DNA of 64,000 bases from the NCBI GenBank assembly GCA_937926175.1, contig CALANV010000018.1, forward strand, positions 128,621 to 192,620, in the 5' to 3' direction. Of this stretch, positions 9,847 through 19,212 are shown piece after piece. The notes under the pieces are model-generated. The model ran no database searches and was not told the DNA's origin. It was given only the letters and a program-made list of their open reading frames with translations. Position numbers and translations under genes: made by a program. How positions within the stretch are numbered: the stretch's first letter is position 1; each line of letters opens with the position of its first letter. The stretch is from an uncultured Rhodospirillales bacterium (GTDB lineage: Bacteria; Pseudomonadota; Alphaproteobacteria; CACIAM-22H2).

Positions 9847-11037
9847 ATGAAGCACCTCAAGGCATGGCTGGGCGCTGCGGCGCTCATGCTGGCTGGCACG
9901 GCAGCCCAGGCCGACACGATCAAGGTCGGCCTGCTGTTCACCCTGTCGGGCCCGGGCGCATCGCTCGGCGACCAGATGGACAAGGCGGTGCGGCTCTACA
10001 TCAAACAGCACGAGAAAGAGCTGCCGCCGGGAACGAAGATCGAGCTCATTCGCCGCGATGAGACCGGCCCCAAGCCGGACGTCGTCAAGCGTCTGGCGCA
10101 GGAACTCATCACCCGCGACCGGGTCCAGGTCCTGGCGGGGTTCACCTATACGCCGAACGCCATGGCCACGGCGCCGCTCGCGACCGAGGCCAAGGTCCCG
10201 ATGGTCGTCATGAACGCCGGCACCTCGGCGATCGTGCGGCAGTCGCCGTACATCGTCCGGACCTCGTTCACGATGTGGCAGTCCGGCTATCCGCTGGGCC
10301 AGTGGGCGGCGGCGCAGCAGGGCGTCAAGACCGGCTATACGGCGGTCGCCGACTATGCCCCCGGCCATGACATCGAGCAGTCGTTCATCAAGGGCTTCAC
10401 CGAGGCCGGGGGCGAGATCATCGGGTCGGTGCGCATGCCGGTGTTCGCCCAGGACTACACGCCGTTCCTGCAGCGCGTGAAGGACGCCAAGCCGGACGTG
10501 CTGTGCATCTTCGTGCCGGCCGGCAAGCAGGCGACGGCGATCGTCAAGGCCTACAACGACCTGGGCATGGCCGAAGCCGGCATCCGCCTGATCGGCCCCG
10601 GCGACCTGACGCCGGACGACGAGCTCGCCAACATGAACGAGTTGCCCGAAGGCGTCATCACCACCATCCATCACTACTCCGCTGCCGGTGACCGCCCGGC
10701 GAACAAGGCGTTTGTCGAAGCCTGGCAAAAGGAATACGGGCAGGACTCGGTCCCGGGCTTCCTTGCCGTCGGTGCCTATGACGGCATGGCGGCGATCTTC
10801 CATGCCATCAAGGCGCAGAACGGCAAGTGGGATCCCGACCGGGCGATGGAGATGCTCAAAGGCTGGAAGCACGAGAGTCCGCGCGGGCCGATGATGATCG
10901 ACCCCAAAACGCGCGACATCGTCCAGAACGAATACCTGCGCAAGCTGGTGCGGGTGAACGGCAAGCTGGCGAACGTCGAGATCGAGACGATCCCGATGGT
11001 CGAGGACCCGTGGGTGAAGTTCAACCCGCCGAAATAA
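9847..11037 (+). CDS. ABC transporter substrate-binding protein, Leu/Ile/Val-binding (LivJ/K-like) family
   Basis: 396 aa with signal peptide MKHLKAWLGAAALMLAGTAAQA followed by DTIKVGLLFTLSGPGASLG, typical of type-I periplasmic binding proteins. Confidence 0.85.
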   Translation: MKHLKAWLGAAALMLAGTAAQADTIKVGLLFTLSGPGASLGDQMDKAVRLYIKQHEKELPPGTKIELIRRDETGPKPDVVKRLAQELITRDRVQVLAGFTYTPNAMATAPLATEAKVPMVVMNAGTSAIVRQSPYIVRTSFTMWQSGYPLGQWAAAQQGVKTGYTAVADYAPGHDIEQSFIKGFTEAGGEIIGSVRMPVFAQDYTPFLQRVKDAKPDVLCIFVPAGKQATAIVKAYNDLGMAEAGIRLIGPGDLTPDDELANMNELPEGVITTIHHYSAAGDRPANKAFVEAWQKEYGQDSVPGFLAVGAYDGMAAIFHAIKAQNGKWDPDRAMEMLKGWKHESPRGPMMIDPKTRDIVQNEYLRKLVRVNGKLANVEIETIPMVEDPWVKFNPPK

Positions 11038-11059
11038 CCCGACAAGAGATGGCGAACGG

Positions 11060-11085
11060 GGCCGCCGCGTGCCCTCGCGGCGGCC
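11060..11085 (+). terminator. stem-loop after the SBP gene (partial terminator / mRNA stabiliser)
   Basis: GGCCGCCGCG-TGCCCT-CGCGGCGGCC followed by TCTCGTTTA, 23 nt after the stop codon and upstream of the permease genes. Confidence 0.5.
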
Positions 11086-11211
11086 TCTCGTTTACGACAA
11101 ACGACGTCGTCACATGATCCGATGCACGCCGAAACAGGGATCAGTGCAGGGCCGGCCCGCGTCCGGTGACGCGCCGGATTCCGTCCAGCGCCGCCGCGGA
11201 ATGAGGAGACG

Positions 11212-12087
11212 GTGATGGACGCGACCATTTCCGCTGCCGTCAGCATCCTGTTCCACGGGACGGCCTATGCGATGATCCTGTACATCGTGTCGGTCGGCCT
11301 GTCGGTGACGATGGGCCTCATGGGTTTCGCGAATCTTGCGCACGGCGTGTTCGCCATGGCAGGCGGATACGTGACCGTCACGCTGATGAACGACTACGGC
11401 GTGCCGTTTGCTGCGTCGCTTCTTATCGCGTGCCTCGTCGTCGGCCTCGCCAGCATCGTGATCGAGCGTACGCTCTATGCGCGCCTCTATACGGCCAGCG
11501 AGCTCGAACAGGTGCTGTTCACGATCGGCCTGATCTTCATGGCGATCGCCGCGGCGAAGTTCGTCTGGGGACCGTTCGCACAACGCTTCGCCATGCCCGA
11601 GGCGCTTCAGGGCCAGATCGAACTGGGCACGCGGAGCTTTCCGGCCTACCGCGCCTTTCTGATCGTCGTCAGCATCGCGATCATTCTCGGCCTGTGGCTG
11701 GGAATCGAGCGGACGAATCTCGGCGCACGCATCCGTGCCGCCGTCGACAATCGCCGGATGGCGCAGTCGCTCGGCATCAACACCGGCCGGCTGTTCACGC
11801 TGACCTTTGCACTCGGCAGCGCGCTCGCCGCGCTGGGGGGCGGACTGGGCGCGGAGATCCTCGCCATAAATCCGAGCTATGCGATCGAACACCTCGTCTA
11901 CTTCCTGATCGTCGTTTCCGTCGGCGGACTCGGCTCGATCCGCGGTCCGTTCTTCGCGGCACTGCTGCTCGGCATCGGCGACACGGCCTGCAAGTATCTG
12001 GTGCCGGAAATCGGCGCCTTCTTCATCTACGCGGCGACGATGGCGCTGCTCCTGTGGCGCCCGGCGGGCCTGTTCGGACGCGCCTGA
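11212..12087 (+). CDS. branched-chain amino acid-type ABC permease (LivH family)
   Basis: 291-aa multi-TM ORF with LivH-like motifs (GFANLAHGVFAMAGGY). Confidence 0.85.
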   Translation: MMDATISAAVSILFHGTAYAMILYIVSVGLSVTMGLMGFANLAHGVFAMAGGYVTVTLMNDYGVPFAASLLIACLVVGLASIVIERTLYARLYTASELEQVLFTIGLIFMAIAAAKFVWGPFAQRFAMPEALQGQIELGTRSFPAYRAFLIVVSIAIILGLWLGIERTNLGARIRAAVDNRRMAQSLGINTGRLFTLTFALGSALAALGGGLGAEILAINPSYAIEHLVYFLIVVSVGGLGSIRGPFFAALLLGIGDTACKYLVPEIGAFFIYAATMALLLWRPAGLFGRA

Positions 12088-12098
12088 GGTTCACCCTC

Positions 12099-13106
12099 AT
12101 GATCCCGCCCGGCAAATCGTCCCTCAAGAGGCCGCCCGCCGTCGAAGCGCTGATCAAACGCCACCGGCTGCGCCCGATCGAGCTGCTGCCGTGGGCGATC
12201 GCCGTCGCCGCCTACTTCCTGTTCCCGGGTTATCTGGCGCTCGGCGCCCAGATCTTCATCATGGTGCTGTTCGCGCTGTCGCTCGACCTGATCCTGGGAT
12301 ATGCGGGCATCATTACGCTGGGCCACGCGGCGTTCTTCGGCGTCGGTGCGTACACGGCAGGCATCCTGGCGGTTCAGGGCTGGCACGAGCCGATTTCCGG
12401 CCTGATCGCCGCCGGCGTCGCCGCCGCGGTCGTCGGCCTGGTCTCGGGCCTCGTCATCCTGCGGACGCACGGCCTGACCCTGCTCATGCTGACGCTCGCG
12501 ATCGTCTTCATGCTGCACGAAGCCGCCAACAAGGCCGGCTTCATCACCGGCGGCGCCGACGGCCTGCAAGGCATTGCCATCGACCCGATCTTCGGCGCGT
12601 TCCGCTTCGACATGTTCGGCCGCACGGCGTACTGGTACGCGCTCGTGGTCCTGTTCCTCGGCTGGGCGTTCGTCCGTCTGCTGGTCCATTCGCCCTTCGG
12701 GCGATCGTTGACCGGAATCCGCGAGAACGTCGTGCGCATGCACGCGATCGGCACGCCGGTGCGCCGGCGCCTCGTGACCGCCTATACGATCTCCGCCGGC
12801 CTCGCCGGCGTCGCTGGCGGCCTGCTCGCCCAGACCACCGAGTTCGTCGCGCTCAACGTCATCAGCTTCGAGCTCTCGGGCGCGGTTCTCATCATGCTGA
12901 TCTTCGGCGGCGTCGGGCGACTTTACGGCGCCTTCATCGGCGCGCCGGTCTACATGATCGCGGAAGACGAACTCGCCAAGGCCGATCCCGTGTACTGGCT
13001 GTTCTGGATCGGCCTGATCCTGATTCTGCTCGTCATGTTCGCGCGCGGCGGCATTCTCGGCCTGATCGATCAGGCGATGCATCTGGTCAGGTGGAGGCGC
13101 AAATGA
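12099..13106 (+). CDS. branched-chain amino acid-type ABC permease (LivM family)
   Basis: The 3' part of ORF 11430..13106. The in-frame ATG at 12099 gives MIPPGKSS...LSLDLILGYAGIITLGHAAFFGVGAYTAG, a typical LivM core. Confidence 0.85.
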   Translation: MIPPGKSSLKRPPAVEALIKRHRLRPIELLPWAIAVAAYFLFPGYLALGAQIFIMVLFALSLDLILGYAGIITLGHAAFFGVGAYTAGILAVQGWHEPISGLIAAGVAAAVVGLVSGLVILRTHGLTLLMLTLAIVFMLHEAANKAGFITGGADGLQGIAIDPIFGAFRFDMFGRTAYWYALVVLFLGWAFVRLLVHSPFGRSLTGIRENVVRMHAIGTPVRRRLVTAYTISAGLAGVAGGLLAQTTEFVALNVISFELSGAVLIMLIFGGVGRLYGAFIGAPVYMIAEDELAKADPVYWLFWIGLILILLVMFARGGILGLIDQAMHLVRWRRK

Positions 13107-13855
13107 CGGCGGTGCTCGAGACCCGCGGCCTCAACAAGAGCTTCGGCGCGCTGCAGGTCGCCCAGAACATCAATTTCCGCCTCGAGGCGGGCGCACGCCA
13201 TGCCCTGATCGGCCCCAACGGCGCCGGCAAGACGACGCTCGTCAACCTGATCACCGGACGGCTCAGACCGACCGGCGGAAAGATTTTCCTGTCCGGCGAG
13301 GACATCACCGATTTGCCCCCGGAGGCACGAGTCAAGCGCGGCCTGGGGCGCACCTTTCAGATCAATCAGCTCTTCAAGGGGCTCTCGGTTCTCGAGAACG
13401 TGGCGCTTGCCGTGGCGGAACGCGACGGCGTCGGCGGCAACATGTTCGGCGCCGCGCGCGCGCGACGCGCGGTGGCGGAGGAAGCCTATGCGCTGCTCGA
13501 GCGGCTGCGAATCGCGGACGACGCGCTGAAGCCCGTCCGCGAGCTTCCCTATGGCCGCCAGCGACTGGTCGAGATCGCGATCGCGCTCGGGTTGAACCCG
13601 AAGGTCCTGCTGCTGGACGAACCCGCGGCCGGCGTTCCGTCGACCGAAAGCGCGATCATCCTCGAAATGATCGCGGGGCTGCCGCCCGACATCGCCGTGC
13701 TGATCATCGAGCACGACATGGATTTGGTCTTCCGCTTCGCGCGCCGCATCACCGTTCTGGTCCAGGGCGCCGTCCTGGTCGAGGGCACGCCGGGCGAAAT
13801 CGCCGCCGACACGCGGGTGCGCGAGGTGTATCTGGGTGAGCGCAGCCATGTCTGA
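13103..13855 (+). CDS. ABC transporter ATP-binding protein (LivG-like)
   Basis: ATG 13103 overlaps the LivM stop (ATGA). Sequence MTAVLETRGLNKSFG, Walker A GPNGAGKTT, Walker B LLLLDEPAAG. Confidence 0.85.
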   Translation: MTAVLETRGLNKSFGALQVAQNINFRLEAGARHALIGPNGAGKTTLVNLITGRLRPTGGKIFLSGEDITDLPPEARVKRGLGRTFQINQLFKGLSVLENVALAVAERDGVGGNMFGAARARRAVAEEAYALLERLRIADDALKPVRELPYGRQRLVEIAIALGLNPKVLLLDEPAAGVPSTESAIILEMIAGLPPDIAVLIIEHDMDLVFRFARRITVLVQGAVLVEGTPGEIAADTRVREVYLGERSHV

Positions 13856-14552
13856 ACTGCTCGCCCTCGCCCACGTGTCGGCCGGCTACGGCGAAACGGT
13901 GGTGCTCGAGAACGTGACGCTGGCGATCGAGCCCGGCGCCACGCTGGCGGTCCTCGGCCGCAACGGCGTCGGCAAGACCACGCTTCTCGCCACCGTCATG
14001 GGGCATACGACGCTCCATGCCGGCGAGATCCGGTTCGACGGGCAGGACGTCACGCGGCTGCCGACCTTCAGGCGCGCGCTCGCCGGTATCGGCTATGTGC
14101 CGCAGGAACGCGAGATCTTCCCGTCGCTGACCGTCGACGAGAACCTGAACGTGGCAAAGCGCCCGGGGCGGTGGACCGCCGAACGGATCTTCGACCTGTT
14201 TCCGAACCTGGCCAATCGCCGGCGGAACATGGGCAACCAGCTTTCGGGCGGCGAGCAGCAGATGCTCGCCATCGGACGTGCGCTCATGGGCAATCCGTCG
14301 CTGCTGCTCATGGACGAGCCGCTCGAAGGTCTGGCTCCGGTCATCGTCGACGGGCTCATCGCCGCTTTCCACCGGCTGCGGCAGGAAGACGGGCTCGCGA
14401 TCGTGCTGGTGGAGCAGCATGCGCGGCTTGCTCTCGAATTCGCGCCGCGTGCGGTCGTCCTCGATCGCGGACGCGTCGTCTACGACGGCGGGAGCCGGCC
14501 GCTGCTCGACGATCCGGACCGGCTATCCGCGCTGATCGGTGTCACCGGCTGA
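13848..14552 (+). CDS. ABC transporter ATP-binding protein (LivF-like)
   Basis: Walker A GRNGVGKTT, signature LSGGEQQML, Walker B LLLMDEP. ATG 13848 gives an 8-nt overlap with the upstream gene; the ORF-track GTG at 13836 is an alternative. Confidence 0.85.
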   Translation: MSELLALAHVSAGYGETVVLENVTLAIEPGATLAVLGRNGVGKTTLLATVMGHTTLHAGEIRFDGQDVTRLPTFRRALAGIGYVPQEREIFPSLTVDENLNVAKRPGRWTAERIFDLFPNLANRRRNMGNQLSGGEQQMLAIGRALMGNPSLLLMDEPLEGLAPVIVDGLIAAFHRLRQEDGLAIVLVEQHARLALEFAPRAVVLDRGRVVYDGGSRPLLDDPDRLSALIGVTG

Positions 14553-14602
14553 ACGCCGGCCCCCCAGGCCGCCCGCGGTACGGCCGGCGGCGATGACGAT
14601 GC

Positions 14603-15211
14603 TCAGCGGGCGGTGCGTCCCGACCGCCGACGGGACGCAGCGGACTTGCGGGCCGCAGACTTCGCCGACGACGTCTTCGCGCGGGACGACTTTGGTTGAT
14701 GTTCGAGCCGTGCGTAGGTGCCGCTCGCATACACGAGCGGGCGCGCCTTGGGCCGGATGCGCACGTCCACCACGCGGCCGATGAAGATCGTGTGCGTCGC
14801 CGCCTGGATACGCTCGGTGACGATGCAGTCGAAGCTGGCGAGCGCATCCTCGAGCACGGGCGCGCCGGTCTTCAACGTCATCCAGCGCCCGGCGTTGAAG
14901 CGCTCGCGACCGTAGATGCCGAGCTGACCGCTGAATCGCGCCGCCAGATTCTTGTGCCGATGGGACAGCACGTTCACGCACATGCGCGAACCCTTGTGGA
15001 TCAGATCATGGGCACCGGCACGCCGGTTGACGCAGACCAGGACCTGCGGCGGCTCGGCCGAGAGCGAGGTCACCGCCGTCGCCGTCAGGCCGTTCCGCTC
15101 GCCGTCATGGACGGTCGTGACGATCGTCACGCCGGCCGCCAGCCGGCGCATGCCTTCCTTGAACCGCTCGGGCGTGACCGTCTCGATATTGGCCCACGCC
15201 TGCATGGTCAC
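14603..15211 (-). CDS. flavin reductase family protein (FMN-binding split barrel) with a basic C-terminal tail
   Basis: 202 aa. The core GVTIVTTVHDGERNGLTATAVTSLSAEPPQVLVCV is typical of flavin reductase-like domains. The last ~30 aa are a Lys/Arg/Ser/Ala-rich tail (KSSRAKTSSAKSAARKSAASRRRSGRTAR). Confidence 0.75.
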   Translation of the reverse strand: MTMQAWANIETVTPERFKEGMRRLAAGVTIVTTVHDGERNGLTATAVTSLSAEPPQVLVCVNRRAGAHDLIHKGSRMCVNVLSHRHKNLAARFSGQLGIYGRERFNAGRWMTLKTGAPVLEDALASFDCIVTERIQAATHTIFIGRVVDVRIRPKARPLVYASGTYARLEHQPKSSRAKTSSAKSAARKSAASRRRSGRTAR

Positions 15212-15466
15212 GGCTCCCGCCGCCAGAGTGGCACAGTCGTGCCGGCGGCTTCATCGACAAGGGCGGCAAGGAAGGTCGGGCAGGGTAAACGTTCAAATCG
15301 GCGTTTCATGATGCGGTGCGTCAGGTAGCCGAAGTCGGGCCGGCCGGGGGCCCGGCCGACGGCGGGGGTACAGTACATCGGGGCCGCGCCAAGCTCCAGC
15401 GGCGGCGCGGGAACCGCCGGGCACGGTTCCGCATCTCACGAATGAGAACGGCGGCGGACGGATGCA

Positions 15467-16165
15467 ATGGACGCAAACACCGTAGAAGCGAGCGCCGGAA
15501 CGAACAGCGACGCACAGCTGGTGCGACGGGCACAGGCCGGCGAGGCGCTGGCGTTCGAGCAGATCATGCGGCGTTTCAACCGCCGTCTCTTCCGCGTCGC
15601 TTACAGCATCACGAAGGACGTGAACGAGGCCGAGGACGTCGTCCAGGAGGCATATGTGCGCGCCTTTACCGCGATCGGCGATCTGATCGACGCGACGCGG
15701 CTGTCGACCTGGCTGGTCACGATCGCCGTGAACGAGGCCCGCGGGCGTCTTCGCCGCCGCCAACGCTATCTCCCCCTCGACGAACCCGGCCGGCCGGAGG
15801 ACGCCGACGGCGAGACAGAGCCCATGCCAATGTTCACCGTTCCCGCAACCACCCCCGAACATCTCGCCCATTCGTCCGAGCTGCGCCGCATCCTCGAGGC
15901 GGCGATCGATGCGCTGCCGGAGTCGTTCCGCACGGTCTTCATGCTGCGGGCGGTCGAGCAACTGGGCGTCGACGAGACCGCCGAATGCCTCGGCATTCCG
16001 GCGGCCACGGTGAAAACCCGGTTTCACCGGGCGCGCACGCGGCTGCGCCGCGCGCTCGAGGCGCAATCGCGCGATCTGATGCCCGAGCTTTATCCGTTCG
16101 ACGGCGCGCGCTGCGACCGCATCGTCGCACAGGTGCGACTGCGCCTGGGACTCGCCCCACCCTGA
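15467..16165 (+). CDS. RNA polymerase sigma-70 factor, ECF subfamily, with a ~40-aa C-terminal extension
   Basis: 232 aa with region 2 (DVNEAEDVVQEAYVRAF) and region 4 (LGVDETAECLGIPAATVKTRFHRARTRLRRAL). An extra tail follows: SRDLMPELYPFDGARCDRIVAQVRLRLGLAPP. Confidence 0.8.
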   Translation: MDANTVEASAGTNSDAQLVRRAQAGEALAFEQIMRRFNRRLFRVAYSITKDVNEAEDVVQEAYVRAFTAIGDLIDATRLSTWLVTIAVNEARGRLRRRQRYLPLDEPGRPEDADGETEPMPMFTVPATTPEHLAHSSELRRILEAAIDALPESFRTVFMLRAVEQLGVDETAECLGIPAATVKTRFHRARTRLRRALEAQSRDLMPELYPFDGARCDRIVAQVRLRLGLAPP

Positions 16166-16244
16166 CCCATCGCCGGCGCCCATCGGCCACGGGCGCCGAA
16201 GACACATTTCGATCATTTCCGCATGACACTCGATGGAGGAGATC

Positions 16245-16670
16245 ATGAGACGAGGAACGACTGCCTGCGCCGCGGGACTGTTCGGGCTTGCACTCACGGC
16301 GTGCGCCGCCGACGCCCAGCAGACGAGCGCGAACAGGGCGCCGCCGGGCGGCGAATACAAGAAGGTCAGCACGCTCGTCCCGCTGCCCGAATTCATTCCG
16401 GGGCTGGGGACGCTCTATGTCCAGCCGTCGACGCTGCCGGCCGGCCCGTTCCTTGCCTATGACCGCGACGGGCGTCTGGTCAGCACGATCTACATGGTGC
16501 CGATCAAGGACATGGAGGCGCGCAAGACATTCGACGATCTTGCCGTGGGCGCGGACCGCGTCGATCACGTCGACTTTCACTACAACGCCGGCCACCCGGG
16601 CGTTCCCGAGCCGCACTACCACATCGTGCTGTGGCACATTCCGCCGGCACAGGAGGCGCGCCTCAAATAA
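16245..16670 (+). CDS. putative lipoprotein, His-rich, function unknown
   Basis: ATG 16245 lies 5 nt after GGAGG. MRRGTTACAAGLFGLALTAC contains a lipobox-like LTAC. A C-terminal His cluster reads HVDFHYNAGHPGVPEPHYHIVLWH. Confidence 0.55.
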   Translation: MRRGTTACAAGLFGLALTACAADAQQTSANRAPPGGEYKKVSTLVPLPEFIPGLGTLYVQPSTLPAGPFLAYDRDGRLVSTIYMVPIKDMEARKTFDDLAVGADRVDHVDFHYNAGHPGVPEPHYHIVLWHIPPAQEARLK

Positions 16671-16671
16671 C

Positions 16672-17226
16672 ATGCTCACGCGCCGCAACGTCCTGATGCG
16701 CGGCGCCGCCGCCGCGCTCTGCGGCCTTTCGGCCGGATCGGGTCGCGCACGCGCCGCGCCGCGGCCGCTGATCGTCCGCATGCGGGCGAAGCCCGACGGC
16801 AGCGACATGTGGTTCGACCCGATCGGCGCCTTGGTCGAGCCGGGACAGATCATCCGCTGGATCGTCGAACGCGACGTCCATACGACGACGGCCTACCATC
16901 CGCGCAACGACAACCACTCGCTGCGCATTCCGGAAAGTGCGGAACCGTGGGACTCCGGCTACTTGGTGGAACCGGGCAGCAGCTTCGAGATCGCGCTGAC
17001 GGTGCCGGGCGTCTACGACTATTTCTGCGCGCCGCACGAGCAGGCGGGCATGGTCGGGCGGCTCATCGTCGGCCACCCGGACGGCCCAGGCCTGCTTCCC
17101 TTCGACTATTTCAAGGCCGACGCGGCACGCCGGCATTTGGCCGACGTGCCGCCGGCAGCGCGCGCGGCGTTTCCGCCGGTCGAACGGATCATGCGCGCGC
17201 GCATCGTCCGCCGCGACGATTCCTGA
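16672..17226 (+). CDS. Tat-exported cupredoxin (plastocyanin/pseudoazurin-like type-1 copper protein)
   Basis: In-frame ATG 16672 inside ORF 16288..17226. Twin-arginine signal MLTRRNVLMRGAAAALCG. Type-1 Cu ligand pattern: VH...YDYFCAPHEQAGM (C-X2-H-X4-M). Confidence 0.75.
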   Translation: MLTRRNVLMRGAAAALCGLSAGSGRARAAPRPLIVRMRAKPDGSDMWFDPIGALVEPGQIIRWIVERDVHTTTAYHPRNDNHSLRIPESAEPWDSGYLVEPGSSFEIALTVPGVYDYFCAPHEQAGMVGRLIVGHPDGPGLLPFDYFKADAARRHLADVPPAARAAFPPVERIMRARIVRRDDS

Positions 17227-17244
17227 TGTCGTGTGTGCGACGCG

Positions 17245-18315
17245 CTACGCTGCCGCCGTTTGCGTCCTGAAACGCGGCATGACCTTCTCGGCGAAGAGGC
17301 GCATCGAGGCTTCGGCCTGATCCTGGTCGATGGTGTTGAAGTTGACCTGGAGCGAGGCGATTTCGAAGCCGCCGGTGAGTTCCTGATAGGCTTCGATCTG
17401 GCGGGCGATGTCGTCGGGCGAGCCGACCCAGGCGGCGCCCTTCTGAACCTGGCTCTCGAAGGTCTCGGCGGCGAGCCCGGCGATGATCTTGTCGTAGCCC
17501 GGATAGTCCTTGGAGCTGAGTCCCTCGGTCCAGGCCGACGCCGCAGCGACCAGCGACTTGAGGTAGCGATTGAGCGGCTCGCGGGCGATCGCGACCGCCT
17601 CGGCGGTGGTCGGGGCGCAGTACATGTGGAAGGCCAGCATCACCTTGCCGCGGCCCGGGTGCCCGGCCGCCACCCAGGCGTCGCGGTAGAGCGCCAACAG
17701 ATCCTTCATCTTGCCGCCGGCCAGCGGAATCGCCATCACCCAGTAGCCGGCCTGACCGGCCTCGATGAAGGATTGCGGCGTGCCCAGCGCCGCCACCCAG
17801 AAAGGCGGACGCGGCTTCTGGGTCGGACGCGGCAGCGACGTCACGTCGCGGAAGCTGTGGAAGCGCCCGTTATGGCTGACGCGTTCGTTCTCGAGCAGGA
17901 GGCGCACCTGTTCGAGCCCCTCGGTGAAGCGGGCGCGGCTCTCGTCCGGACTGATGCCGAAGCGCTGGAACTCGTGCGGCAGGAAGGCGCGGGCGAAGCC
18001 GACCTCGAGCCGGCCGCCCGAGATCGCATCGAGCATGCCGATCTCGCCGGCGAGCTTAAGCGGGTTGTTGAACACTGGCAGCACCGCCCCCGTCACCAGC
18101 CGCGCCTTGCGGGTCTTCATCGCGGCTGCGGTCAGGAACACGATCGGATTGGGACTGTAGCCGCCGTAATCCTCGAAATAATGCTCGACCGTGCGAATAT
18201 GCGTGTAGCCGAGCTCGTCGGCCAGGCTGCATAAGTAAAGTGATTCGGCGAAGTACCGCTCGGCCGACTTCACCTGCGGTCCAACGTCCGGAAAAAACTG
18301 AATCCCAAACTCCAT
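17245..18315 (-). CDS. LLM-class (luciferase-like) flavin-dependent oxidoreductase
   Basis: The start MEFGIQFFPDVGP (ATG 18315) is the family-typical N-terminus inside ORF 17245..18399. 356 aa. Confidence 0.85.
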   Translation of the reverse strand: MEFGIQFFPDVGPQVKSAERYFAESLYLCSLADELGYTHIRTVEHYFEDYGGYSPNPIVFLTAAAMKTRKARLVTGAVLPVFNNPLKLAGEIGMLDAISGGRLEVGFARAFLPHEFQRFGISPDESRARFTEGLEQVRLLLENERVSHNGRFHSFRDVTSLPRPTQKPRPPFWVAALGTPQSFIEAGQAGYWVMAIPLAGGKMKDLLALYRDAWVAAGHPGRGKVMLAFHMYCAPTTAEAVAIAREPLNRYLKSLVAAASAWTEGLSSKDYPGYDKIIAGLAAETFESQVQKGAAWVGSPDDIARQIEAYQELTGGFEIASLQVNFNTIDQDQAEASMRLFAEKVMPRFRTQTAAA

Positions 18316-18643
18316 GGGCGCTCCCTCTCCGTCCTTGGCGTCGGGCGCCACGCAGGCGGCCGCTGCCACTCTATCGCAATGAGTCTTCGGGTAAAGCACC
18401 CGCGTCGTATCGGTGGCAATCGGATACCGCGGCAGTTGGGGTTGAATCGGATTCGATCGTCCTTGCCTCCGGTTGTGATTGTGCGCTTAACTCGCCCGTG
18501 CAACCGCACGGCTCGATACCGCGAACGGCATGACCGATCCGAACGGACGCGGCTCCATCGGCACGTACCGGTTTGACGGTACGCCGGCCTATCTCTCTAC
18601 CCACGTTCGCCTTATGGGGACGGGATATGGTGCATGCCGGCTG

Positions 18644-19117
18644 ATGCATCGGCTCCGGCGCGCGTTGCTGGGTGTGCCGCTCGCTGCCGCGCTGATTGCG
18701 CCGGCGGACGCCCAGAGTGTCGACCATGCGCTCGACCTGGAACTCGCACGCGAATTCATGGCGCTCGAGACTGCCGGCTGGCGCCTGCCGGACCCGGTCG
18801 AGACCTGCCTTACCGGTCTTGCGCTGCGTCGTCTCGAGCCGATGGCATTCGGCAGTACGGAGCTGGTCGACGAGCCCGAACTCGTCGATCCGCCGGGCCC
18901 GCACTATCGCATCCTGCGCGTCGAACCGGAGCCGGGCGACCGGCGTCGCCGCGTGGCCCACATCGAGTGGCTCCTGGCCGGACCGGCCGGCGCACGGCGA
19001 GCCGAACCGGATTCGTTCGTTTTCATCATCAATGACCCCGGCGGCGAGCGCGGCATCGCGGCGATGGTGACGGAGCCCGCGCGCCTCGTCGTACGCCGCG
19101 AGTGCTTCGGGACCTGA
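18644..19117 (+). CDS. secreted hypothetical protein
   Basis: ATG 18644 gives MHRLRRALLGVPLAAALIAPADAQS (signal peptide). I recognise no family. Confidence 0.45.
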   Translation: MHRLRRALLGVPLAAALIAPADAQSVDHALDLELAREFMALETAGWRLPDPVETCLTGLALRRLEPMAFGSTELVDEPELVDPPGPHYRILRVEPEPGDRRRRVAHIEWLLAGPAGARRAEPDSFVFIINDPGGERGIAAMVTEPARLVVRRECFGT

Positions 19118-19212
19118 CCGACCGCGGCGCGAAAGCCTACGCCGATACGTCGAACGGGTATCGAGATCGGGACTCGTCCCGACCGCGCGGGAGATGTTAG
19201 CCTGCGCGAGCC

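Noticed and set aside
15409-15440. Autoregulated ECF-type promoter upstream of the sigma gene (GGAAC at 15410)
   Set aside because: GGAACC (15410-15415) and GGTTCC (15425-15430) form an inverted repeat. I see no convincing -10 element (CGT-type) at the 16-17-nt spacing expected for ECF promoters. This is too weak to call.
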